64,000 nucleotides of DNA from Eledone cirrhosa. Lineage: Eukaryota. The notes under the pieces were generated by a model. The model was not told the origin of the DNA. It made no database searches and saw only the letters and a program-made list of their open reading frames with translations. A program made the translations under genes and the position numbers. Positions within the stretch are counted from its first letter, which is position 1. Each line of letters opens with the position of its first letter. Shown in pieces: positions 57,065-64,000 of the stretch. The stretch spans positions 72,354,001 to 72,418,000 of the forward strand of contig OZ024746.1 of NCBI GenBank assembly GCA_964016885.1, written 5' to 3'.

Positions 57065-60000
57065 TTGATATAGACGTGAATTACTTCGCTCCGGATTTTT
57101 AAGGATTATTGTCAAAAAAACTGTGAGTTCATTGCTCAATTTAATAGCATTGTTTAGTTTAACCCCTTGCCTGGGCCGTCAGACGTTGAGTCAACTAATT
57201 TTCGCCCCTTTCTGGGGCAAAATTTTTATTTTCATCTCAAAACTGTGTAGACTTGGTAGTCAGCAATGGATGCCATTTCAACCTCGCACACTGTCGTGAG
57301 TGCCACGCCCACTAAGAAAAGTGGTGGAGGGAAGGTAGGAGTACAAAGCTTGCAGCCTTCCCTCCTCGCATTATCGAAAAACGTTGAAAATATTGAAACC
57401 ACGAAACCAAACCCGGTAAATAATACCAGCACCAACAACAAGAACAATGACAATAACACCACAACCAACAACTGCAACAATAGCAACACCAAGGAAAACA
57501 TGAACAATATTACCAACAGTGACAACAACAGCAGCAACAAAAAAGACAACAACACCAAAACAACCTTCGCACAGACTGTAAAAAAAAAAAACGAACTATA
57601 CACGCCAATTGACATAACAAATGCTAAACAACTACTACAAGACGCAAAACAATTCGTGACTTTTGGCGAAAACGGTGCTTTTAGCATAAATTCTCCACAG
57701 GAATTACGTAGAGAGGCTGTCCTGAAAACTGTGGTTTTCAGGTCAATATCGAACGAAACAAGAAAACCAGCTCAATTATCACAAAATGAAATTGTGCTGG
57801 TTCTAAAAGATGCAATGAAGGACATAACCTTCATACAAAAAGGTAAACTGTTTGGTAGCATTTCGGTGCTAATGAACAACCAGTCAACAGCACAAAAATA
57901 CTCGGTATCACCCCGCTTCACCTTTTTCCCCACATACAGGGGAAAAAGGACACAGAATAAAAATAATGAGTATCACACCAAATGTAAATATTTGGTGGAT
58001 ACTATGTGGAATCATTGACTTTGATGAAGACAAGATAATTTCAATAAGAAAGTCCTCCGGAGGTGTATTTGGTGGGACCAGCGTAGAAGTTCTGGTGCAA
58101 ATGAGCCCAGAACGAATAGCGAATATCCCACAACGCGTGCCTCTGGACGGGCTAACTTATATAAACATTTCAGTGGAGGGAAGGCGGCCGTCATGTTACC
58201 ACTGCTTAAGCAGGGGTCACCTGAGGGTTGCCTGTCCTCAGTTAACGAGTAAAAAAAAGGGCTCTTCTGCCAACCCCGAACATAACAACACAACCACCAC
58301 CACTACCACCACCACAACAACAACAACAACAACAACAACAACCACAACAACACGTAAAAATAACAACACAAAACACTGTTCCACCCAACCCATCCCCACC
58401 TAAAACAAATACAAAAGCAACCACAACATAACCCTAAAATATACCCCTCACAACCACACGGAAGAGGACTCCGTATCAACGTCTCCCAGTGACGACGAGG
58501 GAGAACCCTTTCAACAGGTGAAAAGGAAAAAAATAAGGCACCACATTAGCAAAAATGCTACAAACACACAATCACCAGCACAAACAGAACAAACATCACA
58601 AACAAAAAAAACCCACCCCTCCCCAAAACATAACACATACTACAAAACGCAAACACACACAAGAACAACAAACAAAAACAAACACAACACAACAAAAACT
58701 CTATACATACATTAACAAGAACAATAAAACTTTGATGAAAGCAATAGAAAATAACCCTTCGGTGGAAACCGAAGGGATCACTTTCACCTACGCAGCGAAC
58801 TAACCGCACCTAATGATAATTAGGGTCCCAACGGAAACCTATGTAACTTTGAAAAAGAACCATCCAATGCATGTGGGGACCAACTGCACCAAACCACTTA
58901 ACCACGTCCTATTGAGATGTTTCCCCACCCCCACACCAGACACCCACACCCCACCAAACACCCTAATCCCACTACACACTGATGTCCTCACCCCACCACA
59001 AACCACCACCCCACCAAACAACCCTTCCAACACCCCCATGGAAATTGTGCAGCCTGGTCCCCAGGAGACGAAGATCGCACAGAGTGGATGTAATGGTTAT
59101 TTGCGAGTCCAGGATCAGCAGCGAGCGCCAACTGGCCTCCATCTTCGACGACTTTGAGATCTACGCATCTCTCTGTCAGCCGAGGGGTGGGGGTGGAGTT
59201 GTCGTTCTGCTGCGAAAATACCTGGGTCTTGCCACACAGAAGGTACACCTGGACCCGGAGGGTCGACTGGTGGTTTTAGACGTCGGCAGTAGTGAAGGTG
59301 GAGCTTTCAGGCTGGTGGCAGCGTATGCCCCATCTGGGACACCGCGACCGGACTTCTTCCGACGCCTGGAGAATTTCCTGGGAACGTCTCGCTCCTTGCT
59401 TTTAGTGGGGGATTGGAATGGTATCCTGGATGCACGTTGGGACTATGTAGGGGCATGTCCTCATAGAGGAGGGTGTAACAGCCTCAAACGATTAATCGGC
59501 CGATTTCATTTGGCCGATAGATATCGACTAGATTTTCCGACTGTACCACTGTGGACGTGGACTAATCTCAGCGGAACATCTATGTCGTACTTAGATAGGT
59601 TCCTGGTTAGAAATAAGGATAGGGACATATTAAGCTGTCCACGAATGTTCATGGTTGACTATTGGGATCACAAGTTGGTAACCGGAGTGGTCAACCTTGA
59701 TAGAACTCATAGACAGGGACCCGGTTACTGGAAGCTAAACTTGTCTTTACCGACAAACAAAGCTTACAGTAAGCGGATTAGCACACTAGTTAAGCAGCAT
59801 TTTACGGGGGAAATTGTCAACAGCAGGTGGTGGGGCTCTCTCAAGAGAGAAATTAGAATAGAATCGATAGGTTTTAGTCGGGAATTAGCATCAGATAGGA
59901 ATAGAACTGAAAGGGAATTAACAAATAGAGTAGAAGAGGCGATTAGGAGTGGCAGCGTGGCCGGCGTGCTGGCGTCAAGAACGGCCCTAGACCAGTTCTT

Positions 60001-62488
60001 TGATGCGAAGCACGAGGGCTGCGTTGTCAGGAGTAAAATACGTGCTCTGGGTAACGAGGGAGCCAAAGCTGTTAGCTGGGCCCGAGTGACAGAGGCAAAA
60101 AGTGGAAACAAGTCCATGATTCGGTCTTTGAAGGACCAGGATGGACGCGTGATCTTTGAACCTGAGCGGATGAGCGCGGCCTTTCAACGGCGCTTTGCAC
60201 GACTGTTCGGGAGGAGCGGTGAGCCGGGTGGGGCCATGGATTTCGGTCCATACCTCGACGGTCTGGTGCGGCTCTCGGACGGGGAGGCGAAGTCCTGCGA
60301 GAGGCCGATTTCAGCCGCTGAAATAGGGAGAGCGCTGAGCCAATGCGGCAAACGCAAATCTCCGGGTATCGATGGTCTACCATACGAACTTTATGTAGCG
60401 ATGCCGGGCTTGTTCTCTGGTCTCCTCGAGGCGGTCTACTGCAACTGGCAACAGAACGGGAGAATTCCCAGTTCTGTGACCAAGGGCGAAGTCACGCTGG
60501 TGAGGAAGGACGAGAACAAGGGGATGACACAGATAACTTCAGGCCTATAACTCTGCTAAACACAGAGTTAAAGATTTTGGCCAAGGTGTTAGCGAAGAGG
60601 TTGGCGCTTGTCGTCGGGAACCTGGTGGGAGAAGCGCAGACATGCGCAATCCCGTCCAGGTCCATACACGACAACCTCCACCTCATGCGATACATCGTAG
60701 AGAGGGTAGGGAACGAACCCGGCTTTGGTGGGGCCCTGATCAACTTGGATCAATCTAAGGCATTCGATAGGGTTGACCATCGGTATCTGGATGCGGTGTT
60801 CGCGGCGGCAGGCTTCGGACCCGTTTTAAGGGGCTGGATTGCTGTAATGCACAGCAGCAACACCTGCTCGAATGTCAAGGTGAACGGCTACCTCTCGGAG
60901 CCGTTCCGAATCACGCGATCCATCCGACAGGGATGCCCTCTCTCCTCCCTCCTGTATGTGCTGGCTCTCGAGCCACTACTGCGGAAGCTGGAGCTGTTGC
61001 AGGGCATCCCCTTGGAACCGGGACAAGTCCGTCGGTTTGCAACTCGGGACGTGGAGGGGCAAACCGATGCCCTCCGACGGCAGCGTCGGACACTGGACGG
61101 AGGGACCGGTGAAGCTGTTCGGGGTCTGGTTCGGACCGAACCTCCAGGTGGAGAAAAACTGGGACGAGGTAACGGGCAAGGTGTTTGCACTCGCCCAGAA
61201 GTGGGCCGAGTGCAAACTATTCCTGAAAGGTCGAGCGGAGGTGGCGAACGCTTATATAGCGTCCGTCATCTACTACAGCTTGACTGTCGTGCCTTGCCCA
61301 GAGAAAACACTCGCCAAAATGAGAAGATCCATCTGCTGTCAACACCCTTCGAATGGAGGGCTGGGGATGCCGTGGCTGACGATGCGTAGACACGCATTAA
61401 GGCTACGGTACCTCCAGGTATTCCTCACCGGTCAGCCGATGTGGACCCTGTTTGTGAGGCGAGCCTTTCCGAGACTCGTCTCACTCACCGAGCTGCAATC
61501 CTGAGTCAAGCAAAGACCGAGAAAAGTGGACGACTGGCACATTGAATGTGCCCAGGCGCTCACGGCCCTCTGGCAAGCGGATCCGGCAATCAGTTGAGAC
61601 TCAACCTCAACATTCTATAGAGGGTTGGTGCGCAGTAAGTGCGACGACGCTGTCGGAGAGGCTCTGGGCATGGAGGAAGATGAGCTGGCCAGTCTGTTCG
61701 GTAGGACGTTTGGCCCGGGACCGATGGACAACTTCCAAAAGTCCCTGGCTTGGCAATGTTACCGAGGAGCTCTACCCGTTCGGGACAAGCTCTACAGACA
61801 CGGGCGCCCGGGTAGGGACCCCTCGAAGAAGATCTGTCCGAGATGCGTGCGTGACGAGGAAACCGTCGCACACGCATTCGTACACTGCCAGGGCGTTGCT
61901 GACCTGTGGGGCTATGTGGAACGACTACTGTCGCAGGTGGGACCAATCCGGTTGACCACCGAGAACATTGTCACGATCAAACCGCCTCCCCCTTTCAAAA
62001 ACGAAGGAAAGGCGGTTTTCCTCTGTGTGATAGCTATGGCGAAAGAAGTTGTATGGTGGACAAGGTTGAAAGGGCTGAGGTCAGACACCTTTCTCTCCGG
62101 CCAACAACTGGTCTTTTTTTTCAAGTACCACTTTAGAAGAAGGATCAGAATGGAGAGAGAGGTGCTCTGCCCCAACAAGTTTTATGAAAGGTGGGTGAAA
62201 GTAGCGAGAATGGCCCGAGTGAATGGGCCTTCTCTCTATATCAGCCTGTAGGTGAGAGAGGAGAAGAATGAGAAGAGGAAGGAAGCACCCGCTCTTTGTG
62301 CTCCTGAAGAGGCACATTTTTTCGGCGGGGTGTGCGACCCATGTCAACGCCCCTCCCTATTGAGGACATCGATTGTTAAATTTAATTTGTTATATGTTTT
62401 TTACACGTCTTTTTAAATGTATGTAAACCCCCCCCCCCTTTGTATTTGTCCCAATCTTTGATGCCCTGGTGGCAAATAAATAGAAACT
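57065..62488 (+). mobile_element. Near full-length decayed Tx1/L1-like LINE (ORF1 zinc knuckle; ORF2 APE, RT, C-terminal CCHC)
   Basis: ORF1 CYHCLSRGHLRVAC. ORF2 VGDWN, YLDRF, WDH, KSPGIDG, FRPITLLN, LDQSKAFDRV, RQGCPLS and CPRC...ETVAHAFVHC. Frameshifts present and the YADD region is deleted near 61025. Candidate 15-bp TSD at 57050-57064 and 62489-62503. Confidence 0.93.
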
Positions 62489-62684
62489 TATATCATTTAC
62501 CACCAAACTCTCCCTCTCTATATATCTATATCTCTCCCATCTCTCTCTACATAACATGTACATAAATTGTAGCGCATATACAAATAGATGTGTGTTTTGG
62601 TAGTTTAGAGAGAAAAATATAATTATTAGCGGAGGAAAATGCCCCCCTGGCCCCACCAGTTCCACCGCCCCTGTCAATACATAG

Positions 62685-62942
62685 TATATTAAAATTTCAT
62701 ACACTTAACATGTATCAGCGACCTTAGGTTTCTGGGTTCAGTTATAGCCATCACTGTTTAGTGGAAGAGCCATTCCAAAACTGACCTCCCTGTGAAATAA
62801 CGGTTTTTCTTTGAATTTTGTCCTTGTGATTGGCGAATGAGGCCAGTTTTAGAACGGCTCATCCACTACACAGTGATGACCATAATTGGACCCGGAAACC
62901 TAAGTTCGTGCATACGTGGTAAGTATATGAAATTTTAATATA
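62685..62942. mobile_element. MITE with imperfect terminal inverted repeats of about 100 bp
   Basis: 62685-62790 is the reverse complement of about 62838-62942. Confidence 0.8.
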
Positions 62943-63479
62943 TAGTAAATAAAGTCTTTTGTACTAGATTACGCATTGTTTTCCTTGGCTTTTTATCTAC
63001 GAGTATCCTGCATATACATACATATACACACAGCATTCACAGAATTTGAAAACAATATATATATATATATTGTTTTCAAATTCTGTGGTTGCTGGGTTTC
63101 TTTTGTCCTTTGTTTTTGTTTTTGCTGCTGTCTTTTTAGCACGCCTGTAATTAAAAGCGTTCTAACCATGACAATCCACTTTTTTATTTCTGAGCATCGT
63201 ATATCTAGGGTTCATTTGAATTTTTTGTTTGAATCCCACCGAGGTCAACTTCACATTATTTTATTATGGCCATCATGGTTTTGATCTCAAATCTAACTGT
63301 AGTAAAATGCGTCTTTTATTTATTTATTTATCAAAATACCAGTTAAGTATTGGATTCGGTATAATCGATTAAATCACTTCGCAAGAATATTTGTGGCCTT
63401 GTAATTATGTTAGAAATCACGTAATCAAGAAATCGATAATACACTCTATATGTTAGGGAAGTTTTTATAAACATTGATT

Positions 63480-63870
63480 CTTCGTTAGTTTTTAATGTTG
63501 CTGATACGAAAACTTCTTAAGCTGCGCGAAGGACGATGCGGTATGGTTCTTTTCGTTCCTCTCACCATATTGCAGTTTTGGTGGTCTTATTCGCGCAAGT
63601 CTAGACTAATCCAGGACTTTCTCAAACCCGCAAAGACTAGGCTTTTTTAGAGGCGGCCTTTAGTCGCCTCGTTATAGCTACATCACTGTGTTGTGATGTA
63701 GGTATCTCCTATTGTTCCATCTCCCCTAGTAGTTTACCGCTGTTGATCGGGGGCTGCTTATTCGTCCGGCAGCTGCCCGCTTATATTGCAGCTAACCATC
63801 ATATCCGCTGGCCGTATCGCTATCCGCCACCTGTGATCCGTTCTCTAACAGAACAGCTCTACCGAGAAGG
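63480..63870 (-). mobile_element. RTE-type 5' leader, related to 50380-50800
   Basis: Reverse complement contains CAGGTGGCGGATAGCG...ATATGATGGTTAGC...GAATAAGCAGCCC. Confidence 0.6.
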
Positions 63871-64000
63871 GACACGTCCAGGCCTTAAGTAGAGGGGCCT
63901 GTTCGAAAAATATATTGCAGTCTCCATTTCATGCCGCAAAAATTGGTGATGGGCCTTCGACCTGTCCTGGGAGGTGTGGGATGGACGCACAAAGATTGTG

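Overview
Repeat-rich, AT-rich eukaryotic DNA, most likely an octopod cephalopod. That assignment is inferred from the abundant tRNA-derived SINE and the microsatellite landscape and was not verified. One host gene can be reconstructed by eye: an 8-exon, + strand alpha-carbonic anhydrase (9166-35332, 312 aa) with a signal peptide, a 27-nt microexon, intact Zn ligands and a hydrophobic C-terminal tail. The rest is mobile DNA: R4/Dong-like RLE retrotransposon pieces, RTE fragments, a near full-length decayed Tx1/L1-like LINE, a hAT transposon, Helitron pieces, MITEs, many SINEs, two Penelope-like (PLE) ORF fragments and satellites. The most notable hidden layer is about ten minimal type-I hammerhead ribozyme motifs from at least six sequence families, most with short palindromic stem III. 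They lie in short non-coding PLE terminal-repeat-like modules set in (TA)n tracts. Several fold-back or truncation junctions map onto the ribozymes themselves, one composite block is duplicated in inverted and circularly permuted form, and four motifs lie in sense orientation inside carbonic anhydrase introns. Most ORFs in the supplied track are microsatellite artefacts. All structures and alignments were read manually; no folding or database search was run.
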